From Pseudomonadota bacterium (GTDB taxonomy: Archaea; Thermoplasmatota; SW-10-69-26; JACQPN01; JAJPHT01): a stretch of DNA of 64,000 nt. The first letter of the stretch is position 1; every line of letters starts with the position of its first letter. A program made the translations under genes and the position numbers. The stretch lies in assembly GCA_021325135.1 (NCBI GenBank), contig JAJPHT010000046.1, positions 128,001-192,000 on the forward strand, written 5' to 3'. A model generated the notes under the pieces. That model did not search any database, was not told the DNA's origin, and saw only the letters and a program-made list of their open reading frames with translations. Below, one piece after another: positions 1-11,355 of this stretch.

Positions 1-504
1 CGACTCGCCCACGACGTCCACCACCACGAGGCCCCCCTGCGCTCGGGCCGCGACGGAGAAGACGGTGCGCTCCGGGTTGACGCCGGGCTCCAGGCGGCAG
101 AACGCGGTGAAGTCGTGCGTGCCCACGAAGGGCTGGAGCGCGGAGGCGACCGCGTCGGCGCCGGCCCGCGTGCGGAGGAAGTAGCGGTAGCGCCGGCGGC
201 GCGCGTGACGCGGCTCGAAGGAGTCGTCCACCGGCGCGAGGGCCCACGCCCAGGCGTCCTCCATGGCGAAGGTGAGCGCGGGGAGAAGCGAGTCCTCCGG
301 GTGCGACGTCTCCAGCGCGACGACGTTGCCCCGCGCCGAGACGCCCGCGTCGGTGCGCCCCGCCCACCGCATGGTGGCGGGCGCCGCCGGGTCCAGCGAG
401 GCCAGGGCGCGCGCGACCTCGGAATGCACGGTGCGGACGCCGGGCTGCACCTGGCTCCCCGCGAAGCGCGCGCCGTCGTAGGCGACCTTCAGCGCGTAGC
501 GCAC
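1..504 (-). CDS. truA: tRNA pseudouridine(38-40) synthase TruA (5' part; runs off the window edge)
   Basis: Manual minus-strand translation from GTG 504 gives VRYALKVAYDGARFAGSQVQPGVRTV...WAGRTDAGVSA, containing the TruA YDG and GRTDxGV motifs. Confidence 0.9.
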   Translation of the reverse strand, partial: MRYALKVAYDGARFAGSQVQPGVRTVHSEVARALASLDPAAPATMRWAGRTDAGVSARGNVVALETSHPEDSLLPALTFAMEDAWAWALAPVDDSFEPRHARRRRYRYFLRTRAGADAVASALQPFVGTHDFTAFCRLEPGVNPERTVFSVAARAQGGLVVVDVVGES

Positions 505-559
505 ACGGCGCCCACGCCCTCCCGCAACAAATAGGAGCCTCCCCCGCCTTCCGCGCGCC

Positions 560-1282
560 GTGCCCCGGACCCGGACGCTGCCCCCCGTCGACGAGCTCCT
601 CGCCGCGCTGCGCGAGGCCGGCGTGGAGGACGCTCCTCAGGACGCGCCCGACGAGGCGAGCCACCAGGGGCTCCTGGACCTGGCGCTCCACGTCGCGGAG
701 CATCGCAAGCGCGTCTCGTTCCCCGGGTTCTCCTGGGACGACCCCGCCTTCGAGGCGGCCGACGCGAAGCTCGCCATGCGCGTCGCCTACGTGCGCCTGC
801 CCGACGCGGCCGCCTTCGCGGACGCGCTGCGCGCGCACCTGCCCCGCGCCTCGCGCGGCCACTCGCTCCTCGCGGTGGACGCCCACGCGACGGCGCTGCG
901 CGAGTTCGACGCCGTGCACGACCTCTACGGGCGCGTCACGCTCTTCGAGCACCGCACGCCGGTCCCCGAGCCCGCGGACCCCCGCGTGGACGCGGCGCGC
1001 GAGCGCGGCTGGGCCCGCGCCCTCAAGGAGCACAACCTCCTGCCGGGCCGCGGCCTCGTCGTCCTCGACGAGCACCAGGGGCTCTACCTGCGCGAGGAGG
1101 CCTTCCAGCGCCTCATGGGCATCCTGCTGCTCCTGCCCGACGGCCACACGACGCTCCTGTGGAACCCCTTCGTGGAGGCCGAGCGCAACGACAGCGAGAT
1201 CCAGTACTGGCTGGGCTGGGGCGAAGGGACCGGGCGCTCCTCCGAGTGGCGGGAGCTCGTGCGGTTCGAGGGCGAGGAGTAG
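560..1282 (+). CDS. hypothetical protein (240 aa)
   Basis: Globular-looking composition, GC3-rich codons, A/T box about 25 nt upstream, divergent from truA. Confidence 0.7.
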   Translation: MPRTRTLPPVDELLAALREAGVEDAPQDAPDEASHQGLLDLALHVAEHRKRVSFPGFSWDDPAFEAADAKLAMRVAYVRLPDAAAFADALRAHLPRASRGHSLLAVDAHATALREFDAVHDLYGRVTLFEHRTPVPEPADPRVDAARERGWARALKEHNLLPGRGLVVLDEHQGLYLREEAFQRLMGILLLLPDGHTTLLWNPFVEAERNDSEIQYWLGWGEGTGRSSEWRELVRFEGEE

Positions 1283-1323
1283 GCACCCTTTTTTCAAGGG
1301 TCGCGCCTGCCGGACCCGTCCCC

Positions 1324-3590
<2,267 letters not shown>

Positions 3591-3591
<1 letters not shown>

Positions 3592-4451
3592 TGCACGTCG
3601 CCAATGGCGACGCCTTCGCCGCGCGCCTCCGCGAGGCCGGGATCGAGGGCGATGTCCTTTCCTGGGCGGACATGCTCAGCGAGGGCCCGCTGCCCCACGG
3701 CCTGCGCGGCGAGGAGGACTGGCGCCTGCGGGCCCGCCTTCTCGCCGAGGACTACCCGCTGGACGCGGACCGCTACGTGCGGGACGCCGCGGAGCGCCTG
3801 AAGCGGCTGGGCGAGGCGGCCCAGAGGGAGGAGATCGTCCTCTGGTTCGACGAGGAGCTGTTCTGCCAGGCGAACGCGTGCTATCTTCTGGACTGGCTCG
3901 CGCTGGAGGCGCCCGACGCCAAGGTGAGCCTCGTCGCGGAGCCCGGCGCCGCGCCCGTGGGCGGCCTCTCCGAGCTTCTCGCCGAGCGGGAGCTTCTCTC
4001 CCGCGAGCGCCGCACGCTGGCGCGCGCCTTCTGGAACGCCCTGGGCCACCCGGACCCCTCGGGCGTCCCGCGCCTCCTGCGCGCCGACCTCTCCGCGTGG
4101 CCGCGCCTCGCGCTGGGCCTGCGCGCGCACCTCGCCCGCTTCCCCGACGCGTCGGGCCTCGACGCCATCGAGGAGGAGCTTCTTCGCATCCTCGCCCGGG
4201 GGCCCGTGGAGCTCCCCGAGCTTTTCGCCACCTGGCAGGAGACGCCGCTGGGCCGCGCGTGCGGATTCGGCGACGCGCAGGTCGAGGTCGCGCTCCGGAG
4301 GATGGGGCCCCTGGTGGAGCGCGAGGGGAAGCGCCTCGTCGCGCGGCCCGACGCCGAGCGCCCTCCACGCGAGCGCTGGATCGGCGGGTGCCGCCTGGTG
4401 CCGGGTGCGCCCGGGTGGCGCCGGGCGGGCGACGCGCTGCGGCGCGCCTGA
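3591..4451 (+). CDS. DUF1835-like protein
   Basis: TGATG overlap with maeB; N-terminus MHVANGD...WADMLSEGP and IVLWFDEELFCQ resemble DUF1835. Confidence 0.7.
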
Positions 4452-4682
4452 TCAGAGCCCCTTCGTCTCGTCCCCCAGCGCCGCGAAGAGCTGCCCCGGG
4501 TCGCGGAACTCCTTGTCGGGCAGGCGGCGGATCTCCTCCAGCGCGTCCTCGTCGGCGCCCTCCTGCCGGGCGAGGCGTTCCAGGTCCTCGCGGCGCGCCG
4601 GGAAGCGGGCCCCCTTGAGGAAGCGGGCGGCGTTCACGACGGCGGCCGCGGCGATGTCGTCCTCCAGCGTGTCGTCAGGCAT
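4452..4682 (-). CDS. DUF2795-like small protein (76 aa)
   Basis: FLKGARFPARREDLERLARQEGADEDALEEIRRLPDKEF matches the DUF2795 pattern. Confidence 0.75.
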   Translation of the reverse strand: MPDDTLEDDIAAAAVVNAARFLKGARFPARREDLERLARQEGADEDALEEIRRLPDKEFRDPGQLFAALGDETKGL

Positions 4683-4729
4683 GCTGCGCGCGAGCCGCCC
4701 ACGCCGGGATGGCGCTTCTGGCCGCTTCG

Positions 4730-5710
4730 TCACGCCACCGCGGCGAGGAAGCGCTCCGCCGCCTCGTTGGGCCTCTCCACGGCGCCCCCGGTGCGCGCAT
4801 AGTGCGCCTCCAGGGCGGCGAGGACCTGCGCCGGGTCGGGCGCGTCGCGGGGCACGCGCTTCTCCAGCCCCAGGTCGGGGTTGATCTCGTAGCCCACGGC
4901 GCGGCGGCCCAGCGCGCGGGCCACCCAGAGCGTCGTGCCCGTGCCTGCGAAGGGGTCCAGCACGGTGTCGCCCAGACAGGAGAGCATGCGCACGAGCCGG
5001 TAGGGGATCTCCGGCGGGAAGGGCGCCGTGCGCGCGTCGTCCTGCGAGGCGCCGCGCACGTCCCACACCTGGGAGAACCACGCGTCGCGCTCCGCCTTGC
5101 TGAACTGGCTCGCGTAGCGCAAGGGGTCCTTGGGCGCGAAGGCGCGCGCGCCGCCCTTGCGGAAGAGGAGGATGAACTCGCAGTCCAGCGTGACGTAGGC
5201 GTTGGTGGGCAGGAAGCCGCTGCCCAGGAACGCGTTGGGCTTGTTGGTGGGCTTCTTCCACAGGATGGGCACGAGGCTCTGGAGGCCCAGCGCCTCGCAG
5301 TCGCGCGCCACCTGCGCGTGGTTCATCATGCAGCGGAAGTCGCCGCCCACCTTGCGCGTCGCGTCGCCCACGTTCACCGCGAGGATGCCGCCCGGGGCCA
5401 GCGCGCGGGCGCACTCGGCCCACACGCGGGAAAGAAGCGCGTGGCTCGCGGCGAAGCCCTCCTCGCTGGCGGTGGGGACGCCGGTCTGCTCGGCGAGCTG
5501 CGCGTCCCACATTTCGATGAGCGGATAGGGCGGCGACGTCACCACGAGGTGCACGCTCGCGTCCGGGACCTCCGCCATACGCTCGCTGGAGCGCAGCGCG
5601 ACGCGGGGGGCGAGGTCGCGCTCCTTCAGCGCGGCCAGCACGGCGTCGCGGCTCTCGCGGAGGGCATCCAGGGGGCCGTGCACGCGGGGGCGAAGCCGCG
5701 CGGGGCTCAT
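4730..5710 (-). CDS. orphan N4-cytosine DNA methyltransferase (beta class), resembling archaeal CTAG methylases (Zim/M.MthZI type)
   Basis: Motif IV VTSPPYPLIEMWD precedes motif I VLDPFAGTGTT; NVGDATR and ILWKKPTN..FLGSG.LPTNAYVTL blocks; no adjacent restriction endonuclease. Confidence 0.85.
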   Translation of the reverse strand: MSPARLRPRVHGPLDALRESRDAVLAALKERDLAPRVALRSSERMAEVPDASVHLVVTSPPYPLIEMWDAQLAEQTGVPTASEEGFAASHALLSRVWAECARALAPGGILAVNVGDATRKVGGDFRCMMNHAQVARDCEALGLQSLVPILWKKPTNKPNAFLGSGFLPTNAYVTLDCEFILLFRKGGARAFAPKDPLRYASQFSKAERDAWFSQVWDVRGASQDDARTAPFPPEIPYRLVRMLSCLGDTVLDPFAGTGTTLWVARALGRRAVGYEINPDLGLEKRVPRDAPDPAQVLAALEAHYARTGGAVERPNEAAERFLAAVA

Positions 5711-5751
5711 GGCCCTTTCCAGCGGGCGCGCCTGGAAATCCAGCGAGGGGA

Positions 5752-6141
5752 TCAGGAGCGGGCGCGCTCGATCAATTCCACCCAGTTGCCGTCCAGGTCG
5801 TGCACGAAGGCGATGGTGCTCCCGGAGCCCGAGAGGGAGTAGGGCTCCTTGGCGACGCGCACGCCTTCGGCCTTGAGGCGCGCGACGAGGCCGCGCACGT
5901 CCTCCACGATGAGCGCGATGTGGTCGAAGGTGGAGCCTTCGACGTAGTCCTCGGGCTTCCAGGCGCGCCAGTGGGTCAGCTCCAGCTTCATCTGGTCCTC
6001 GCCGTAGCCGACGAAGGCGATCTCGGCGTTGGTCTCCTTGATCTCGCGGCGCGAGAGGAGCTTCATGCCGAAGCTGCGCTCGTAGAAGCGGATGGCGGCG
6101 TCCATGTCGCGGACGTTGAGGCAGCAGTGGTCGAGGCGCAT
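5752..6141 (-). CDS. VOC family protein, glyoxalase I (lactoylglutathione lyase)-like
   Basis: DHCCLNVRDMDAAIRFY, LELTH, FDHIAL, IAFVHDLDGNWVELIE. Confidence 0.88.
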   Translation of the reverse strand: MRLDHCCLNVRDMDAAIRFYERSFGMKLLSRREIKETNAEIAFVGYGEDQMKLELTHWRAWKPEDYVEGSTFDHIALIVEDVRGLVARLKAEGVRVAKEPYSLSGSGSTIAFVHDLDGNWVELIERARS

Positions 6142-6159
6142 GCGCAGCCCGAGGCGGGG

Positions 6160-6441
6160 CTACTGCATGGGGGTTTCGGCCGCGCCGGCCTCTTGGGGCG
6201 CCTCGTGGTCGGCCTCGTGCTGGCGCGCGGCGGCGTCGGCCCGCGCGTGGAGCGCCTGCATGCGCTTGGTCTTCCACCAGAGCATCGTGAGGCCCGAGCC
6301 GGCCATGACGCCGCCCACGGCGAAGCCGCCCGTGACGGCGGTGCTGGCACCCACGGCGCCGGCGCCCAGCCAGGTCAGGGCCCACAGGCTGGTGAAGCCG
6401 CTGGCCGCGACGACGACGCGCTCGGAGCCGGATTCGCCCAC
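6160..6441 (-). CDS. small hypothetical membrane protein (2 TM)
   Basis: Two hydrophobic segments; GTG 6441 lies about 21 nt after CTTAAAC. Confidence 0.6.
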   Translation of the reverse strand: MGESGSERVVVAASGFTSLWALTWLGAGAVGASTAVTGGFAVGGVMAGSGLTMLWWKTKRMQALHARADAAARQHEADHEAPQEAGAAETPMQ

Positions 6442-6559
6442 GGGGAACCCTCTGCGGCGCCGGTTTAAGCACGTTCCGGTCCGGCCGAAAGCCCTCGCGC
6501 CTCGGGGGCCGAGTCCCAACCTATGTAAATGGGAGGGGTCTTAGGCCCCCGCGACACCC

Positions 6560-7309
6560 ATGGCGGACGACTCCGAGCTTCAGGTGCACGAGTTCGAGAA
6601 CGTGGACCTCAAGGGCGCCACCATCATCGACGGCTTCCCCAGCGTCGGGCTCGTCTCCACCATCACGGCCAACTACCTCATCGACGTGCTGGAATTGCAG
6701 CAGGTCGGGATCATGGACTCCAAGTTCTTCCCGACGGTGAGCATCGTGCGCAACGGCGTGCCCCTCTACCCCGTGCGCATCTACGCGGGGAAGGGCGTCT
6801 GTGTCTTCATCAGCGAGTTCCAGCCCGCGCCCAAGCTCATCCGCCCCATCGCGGAGGCCATCCTCGCCTTCGCCAAGCGCAAGGGCGCCAAGACCATCAT
6901 CAGCCCCGAAGGCCTCGTGCTGGACCAGGAGGGCGAGGGCGAGCAGGAGGTCCAGGTCTACGCCCTGGGCTCCACCGCCGGCACGCGGGAGATGCTCACG
7001 CACCACAAGATCGAGCAGTTCGGCAACGGCATCATCACCGGCGTCTCGGGCGTCCTGCTGAACCTGGGCAAGAAGGAGAACCTCGACGCCATCAGCATCC
7101 TCGCCGAGGCCAACCCCAACTACCCCGACGCGCGCGCGGCGGCGAAGGTCATCGAGGCCATCGACAAGCTGCTTCCCCACCTCAAGATCGACGTGAAGCC
7201 GCTCTACACCGAGGCGGAGAACATCGAAAAGACCCTCCGCATGATGCAGAAGCAGGCCGCGCCCGCACAGGCCGCCCACGCGGACGAAGTCCCCAACATG
7301 TACGGCTAA
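6560..7309 (+). CDS. proteasome assembly chaperone PAC2 family (PbaA/PbaB-like) with C-terminal HbYX motif
   Basis: IIDGFPSVGLVSTI, GIITGVSGVLL, PNYPDARAAA; ends M-Y-G. Confidence 0.92.
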   Translation: MADDSELQVHEFENVDLKGATIIDGFPSVGLVSTITANYLIDVLELQQVGIMDSKFFPTVSIVRNGVPLYPVRIYAGKGVCVFISEFQPAPKLIRPIAEAILAFAKRKGAKTIISPEGLVLDQEGEGEQEVQVYALGSTAGTREMLTHHKIEQFGNGIITGVSGVLLNLGKKENLDAISILAEANPNYPDARAAAKVIEAIDKLLPHLKIDVKPLYTEAENIEKTLRMMQKQAAPAQAAHADEVPNMYG

Positions 7310-7455
7310 CGCCGCAGGCTTGTCGCCCCCGGAGCCGCGCGAAGCGCGGCGGAGCGGGGCGCGCAGGGCGCATTGCCGGCTGGTGCGCCAGCCGATGCGG
7401 AGCAGGCCGCGCCCGCACAGGCCGCCCACGCGGACGAAGTCCCCAACATGTACGG
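7251..7455 (+). repeat. 55-bp perfect direct repeat (7251-7305 and 7401-7455) duplicating the PAC2 3' end
   Basis: AGCAGGCCGCGCCCGCACAGGCCGCCCACGCGGACGAAGTCCCCAACATGTACGG occurs twice, 150 bp apart. Confidence 0.97.
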
Positions 7456-7531
7456 GTAGGGAGACGGAGCCGGTCTCACCGAATCGGTTATCCACGGGCT
7501 CGGGCGTGCCCGCCGCGGGAGGCCCCCGTCC

Positions 7532-10500
7532 ATGGTCCACGTCCGCGCCTCGCTTGCTTCCGCGCTCCTCCTCGGCTCCATCGTCCTGGGCCCCGCGCTG
7601 CTGGCGCCGCCGGGCGCCGCCACGCCGGGCGACTACGTGGCGACGGCCACCGTGCCCGTCCCCGCCAGCATCGGCGTGGGCCTCACGTTCGACGGGCACA
7701 CGTTCTACTACACCAACTACCAGGACCCCACGCTCTACGGCTACACCGTCTCGTGCGCGGGCTCCTCGTGCTCCACGACGCTGACGCTCACGCAGGCCAT
7801 CCGCGACGCGACGACGCTCTCCCCCGTCTCCGTGGGCGCCATCGCCTACGACGCGACGCGCGGCGTCATCTGGGGCGGCGCGGACGGAAGCTCCGCCATC
7901 TACCGCATCGACCCCGCGACGGGCCTGGCCACCTTCGCGTTCACCGCCAGCGCGTGCGGCTCCTCCTACGGCCTCGTGGACGGCATCGCCTTCGACGCGC
8001 AGGCGGACACCATCTACTACAGCCCCGACGTGTCGTACTCCGCGTGCGCGTTCAGCCCCGCGGGCTCGCTGCTCGACCAGGTCCCCGTGGCCAGCGTCGC
8101 CGGCTTCCCCGCCTGCTACAACTCGGGCCTCGCCATCGGCGGCGACGTGCTCTACATGGGCTCCGACGGGTGCGGCCAGATCGTCGCCGTCGACAAGGCC
8201 TCGCACCAGGGCCTCGGCGTCTTCGCGTCGCCCGGCGGCCGCGACGAGGGGATGACGTGCGATCCCGTCACGTTCGCGCCGCAGTCGGTCATCTGGTCCA
8301 AGGACGCGTACAACAACCGGGCCACCGCGTTCGAGATCGCGCCTGGCACCTGCGGCGTGGGCGGCCTGCCGCCGTGCACGGCCGACGTCGCGGCGCAGAT
8401 CGACGACCCGCAGCCCGGCTTCGACTACTACGGCGGCGGCAAGCAGGCGCAGTCGCCCCAGGGCCCGCTCCCGCGCGTCGCGGGCGTCGTCACGCTGCGC
8501 GCCGAGGGCTCGCCCGCGGGCCGCGCGACGCGCGCGGACTTCCGCGTCGACGGCGCGCTCGTGGGAAGCTCGGACGTGGAGCCCTTCGCCGTCAGCTGGG
8601 ACGCGTCCAGCGTCTCCCCCGGCGCGCACTCCCTCACCGTCGCCCTTGAGGACGACGCGGGGTGCCCCACGCAGGCGTCGCAGGCGTTCCTCGTCACCTG
8701 CGGCGCGCCCATCGCCGTGGACGTCTCGCGCCCCGCCGCCGGCACGACCTACTTCCAGGACGCGGCGCACCCCGGCGCGCCCGGCCCCGCCGTCGTCCTG
8801 GGCGACCTCACGCTGGAGGCCGCCGCCTCCGACCCCTCGCGCATCGTCAGCGTGGACTGGAGCGTCGATGGAAATGATATCGCCACCGGTGTCGTGGGCG
8901 CGCCGTGGAGCGCGCCCTGGCAGGCCAGCGCGGCCTCGCCCGGCCTGCACACGATCCGCGCGCTGTTCCACGAGACGAACGGAGGCTGCACGGACCTCGC
9001 CGTCGCCACCGCCAAGGTGTCGCTCCTGCGCGACGAGTCCAGCGCGCAGGGCGTCTTCGCGACCGTCTCGCAGCCCGCCGAGCCCACCCTCGTCTCGCAC
9101 CCCGTCGAGGCCCCCGGCGAAAGCTGGGTCGTGGACCGCTCGTTCGACCCCCTGGGCCTCCGCGTCCAGGCCTCCCACGACGAGGCGGACGACGCGCCCG
9201 GCGCCGCGCACGCCGCGAGCGAGGTCGCCAACGTGAGCCTCCTGGGCGGCACGGTCACCGCCAAGCTCCTGCGCGGCGAGGTCGCGCTCTCCCTCGACGC
9301 CGCGGACCTGTCGCTCCCCTACGACGCCTCGGGCTCCCGCATCGTCGACCTCGCCGTCAACGGCCTCCCCGTCGCCGCGCAGCAGCCCAACACGCGCGTC
9401 GACCTCCCCGGCGTGGGCCACCTCGTCCTGAACGAGCAGATCGTCACCGACGCGCCGGGCCACCGCGAGGTGCAGGTCAACGCGTTGCATCTCTACGCGG
9501 ATGTCAACGGCCTGCGCGGCGAGGTCGTGCTGGGCTCCGCCCTCGTGGGCATCGACGACGCGCTGGGCTCCTTCGCGGGCCGCGCGCACGAGATCGACCC
9601 GCAGGATGACGCCGGCAGCGGCCACGACGCGGGCGACGCGCCGGCCTCCGGCCTCGTGCTCCCCGTGGGCCAGGGCGGCACCGACCTGGGCGCGACCCTC
9701 GTGGGCGGACGCCTGGGCCCCTACGACCCGGCGGACCACTACCTCGTCCGCGTCGCCGAAGGCGAGAAGCTCCTCGCCACGCTCAAGCCCGCCGAGGCCG
9801 CCACCGTGGGCCTCGCCACGCTGGGCACGCCCCCCGCGCCGCCGGGCGCCTCGGTGGACAGCCTCGCCATCCCGCAGCAGACGCTCCGCCTGCTGGAGCC
9901 CTCCGACCGCCGCGTGGCCACCGAGTCCGCGCTCCCCCTCTCGGCCCCGCAGCGCGTCGACCTCAACGTCAACGAGACGGGCCTCTGGGACCTCGTCGTC
10001 GCGGGCGACGTGGGCAACTACACGCTCCAGGTCAGCGTCGTGCCCGCGCCCCTGGCGCCCCCGGCCGCCGCGGGCGCCTCGTGCGGCGACGCCAGCGCGC
10101 CCTTCCTCGAGGCCAGCGGCGCCGCCAGCAGCTTCCACGCGCATGATATCAATCAGGTCTGGCGCCTCAACGCCAGCATCGGGGACGACGTGGGCGTCGA
10201 GCTTGTCATGCCGGACCCCGACGGGCAGGACTTCGACCTCACGCTCTACGACGACGCGTGCCACGTCCTCGCCCAGTCGCAGCTTGGGAAGCCCCTCTTC
10301 TGGCCCGGCGACGCGCCCAAGGGCATCAGCGACTTCGTGGCGCCCCCGCCCGCCCCCTACACGGGCGTCTACTGGGTGGAGGCCACGCGTGTCACGGGCG
10401 CGGGCAACTTCGCTCTCCTTCCCCAGGTGGCGAGCCCCATCCCGACGATCCCCGGCAACGACGCGCTCACCGGCCAGGACGCCAGCAACGACCCCTCCAG

Positions 10501-10807
10501 CCCCACGGCGCTGCCCCTCTCCGAAGGCGTCTTCGAAGGGCGCTTCGAGGACCACGACCCCGCCGACGTCTACAGCGTCCCGCTGAGCGCCGGCGAGCGG
10601 CTCCTCGTGACCTTCGTCCCCTCGCCCGCCAACACGGGCACCATGGAGATCACCGGCGCCGGGATCAGCATCGACCGGCAGGAGGACGTGGGCGGCCGCG
10701 TCGCGTTCCAGCTCACGGCGCCCGCGGGCCAGGACGGCAGCGCGGTCATCACGCTGAGGCCCACGCTGGGGGGCGGCAACTACGCCCTCGCGGTGATCCA
10801 CAAGTAG
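7532..10807 (+). CDS. large secreted modular protein (signal peptide, beta-propeller-like N-terminus, two Ig-like domains, PPC-like C-terminal domains)
   Basis: Hydrophobic N-terminus; GLTFDG/AIAYD/GIAFD/GLAIGG blade-like motifs; FRVDG...WDASSVSPGAHSL and WSVDG...SPGLHTI Ig repeats; DFDLTLYD and DVYSVPL PPC-like motifs. Confidence 0.8.
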   Translation: MVHVRASLASALLLGSIVLGPALLAPPGAATPGDYVATATVPVPASIGVGLTFDGHTFYYTNYQDPTLYGYTVSCAGSSCSTTLTLTQAIRDATTLSPVSVGAIAYDATRGVIWGGADGSSAIYRIDPATGLATFAFTASACGSSYGLVDGIAFDAQADTIYYSPDVSYSACAFSPAGSLLDQVPVASVAGFPACYNSGLAIGGDVLYMGSDGCGQIVAVDKASHQGLGVFASPGGRDEGMTCDPVTFAPQSVIWSKDAYNNRATAFEIAPGTCGVGGLPPCTADVAAQIDDPQPGFDYYGGGKQAQSPQGPLPRVAGVVTLRAEGSPAGRATRADFRVDGALVGSSDVEPFAVSWDASSVSPGAHSLTVALEDDAGCPTQASQAFLVTCGAPIAVDVSRPAAGTTYFQDAAHPGAPGPAVVLGDLTLEAAASDPSRIVSVDWSVDGNDIATGVVGAPWSAPWQASAASPGLHTIRALFHETNGGCTDLAVATAKVSLLRDESSAQGVFATVSQPAEPTLVSHPVEAPGESWVVDRSFDPLGLRVQASHDEADDAPGAAHAASEVANVSLLGGTVTAKLLRGEVALSLDAADLSLPYDASGSRIVDLAVNGLPVAAQQPNTRVDLPGVGHLVLNEQIVTDAPGHREVQVNALHLYADVNGLRGEVVLGSALVGIDDALGSFAGRAHEIDPQDDAGSGHDAGDAPASGLVLPVGQGGTDLGATLVGGRLGPYDPADHYLVRVAEGEKLLATLKPAEAATVGLATLGTPPAPPGASVDSLAIPQQTLRLLEPSDRRVATESALPLSAPQRVDLNVNETGLWDLVVAGDVGNYTLQVSVVPAPLAPPAAAGASCGDASAPFLEASGAASSFHAHDINQVWRLNASIGDDVGVELVMPDPDGQDFDLTLYDDACHVLAQSQLGKPLFWPGDAPKGISDFVAPPPAPYTGVYWVEATRVTGAGNFALLPQVASPIPTIPGNDALTGQDASNDPSSPTALPLSEGVFEGRFEDHDPADVYSVPLSAGERLLVTFVPSPANTGTMEITGAGISIDRQEDVGGRVAFQLTAPAGQDGSAVITLRPTLGGGNYALAVIHK

Positions 10808-10810
10808 GGA

Positions 10811-11083
10811 TCAGCGCGCCTTCCGGCGGGGCTCCGCCTTGCGGATCGCCCCGCCCTGCTGAAGGACCGCCAGGAGCGCGTCGTGGGCGTCCCCCGTGTG
10901 GAAGTGGGTCATCTCGACCTCCCGCGCGGAGAGCCCCAGCGCGGCCCGGTCCTCGGTGGAGAGGCCCAGCGTGTCCCGGCTCGTGGGGACGTGCATCGGC
11001 TCGACGTCGTCCCAGGAGGGCGCTTCGGGCGCGGACGACTTGGCCAGCGGCGGCACGGAGGGCTTGGAGGGCATCCTTTTCAC
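10811..11083 (-). CDS. hypothetical protein (about 87-90 aa)
   Basis: Fills the gap convergently with the upstream gene; plausible codon usage; alternative ATG at 11074. Confidence 0.55.
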   Translation of the reverse strand: MKRMPSKPSVPPLAKSSAPEAPSWDDVEPMHVPTSRDTLGLSTEDRAALGLSAREVEMTHFHTGDAHDALLAVLQQGGAIRKAEPRRKAR

Positions 11084-11200
11084 TCCAATTCACGAAAACA
11101 GGGGGTCCTGCATATGGCTGTCGGCAGCGCCAACGGCACCCGACGACACGGGGGTTGTTCGGCTGGTGGGGGAATGACGGGGAATGGGGCAAGCGGGGGC

Positions 11201-11294
11201 GCCACGGGTGTGGTCACACCCGGGGGCCCAGGCCGTCGCACCCGTGGTCACGCCCGTGGGGACCCGCGCCCCCGGGCGCGACCACACCCGTGGC
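11201..11294. repeat. 27-bp imperfect inverted repeat with internal ~12-nt GTCACACCCGTG-like units
   Basis: 11201-11227 GCCACGGGTGTGGTCACACCCGGGGGC versus reverse complement of 11268-11294 GCCACGGGTGTGGTCGCGCCCGGGGGC (2 differences). Confidence 0.85.
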
Positions 11295-11355
11295 CGCCCC
11301 GGACCCCGCCCGCAGGCCCGAACCTTCAAGCGGCCCCCCCAGCGTTCCGTCGCCC

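Noticed and set aside
6521-10801. 1426-aa minus-strand ORF and similar long shadows (1294..3513, 16150..19680, 49301..51433, 56566..58803, the upstream part of 36726..42632)
   Set aside because: Antisense or off-frame mirrors of real genes, expected at high GC3; Arg/Gly/Ala-rich with no motifs. Only motif-bearing tails (for example the DEAD helicase, and array member 3 in 56566..58803) were kept.
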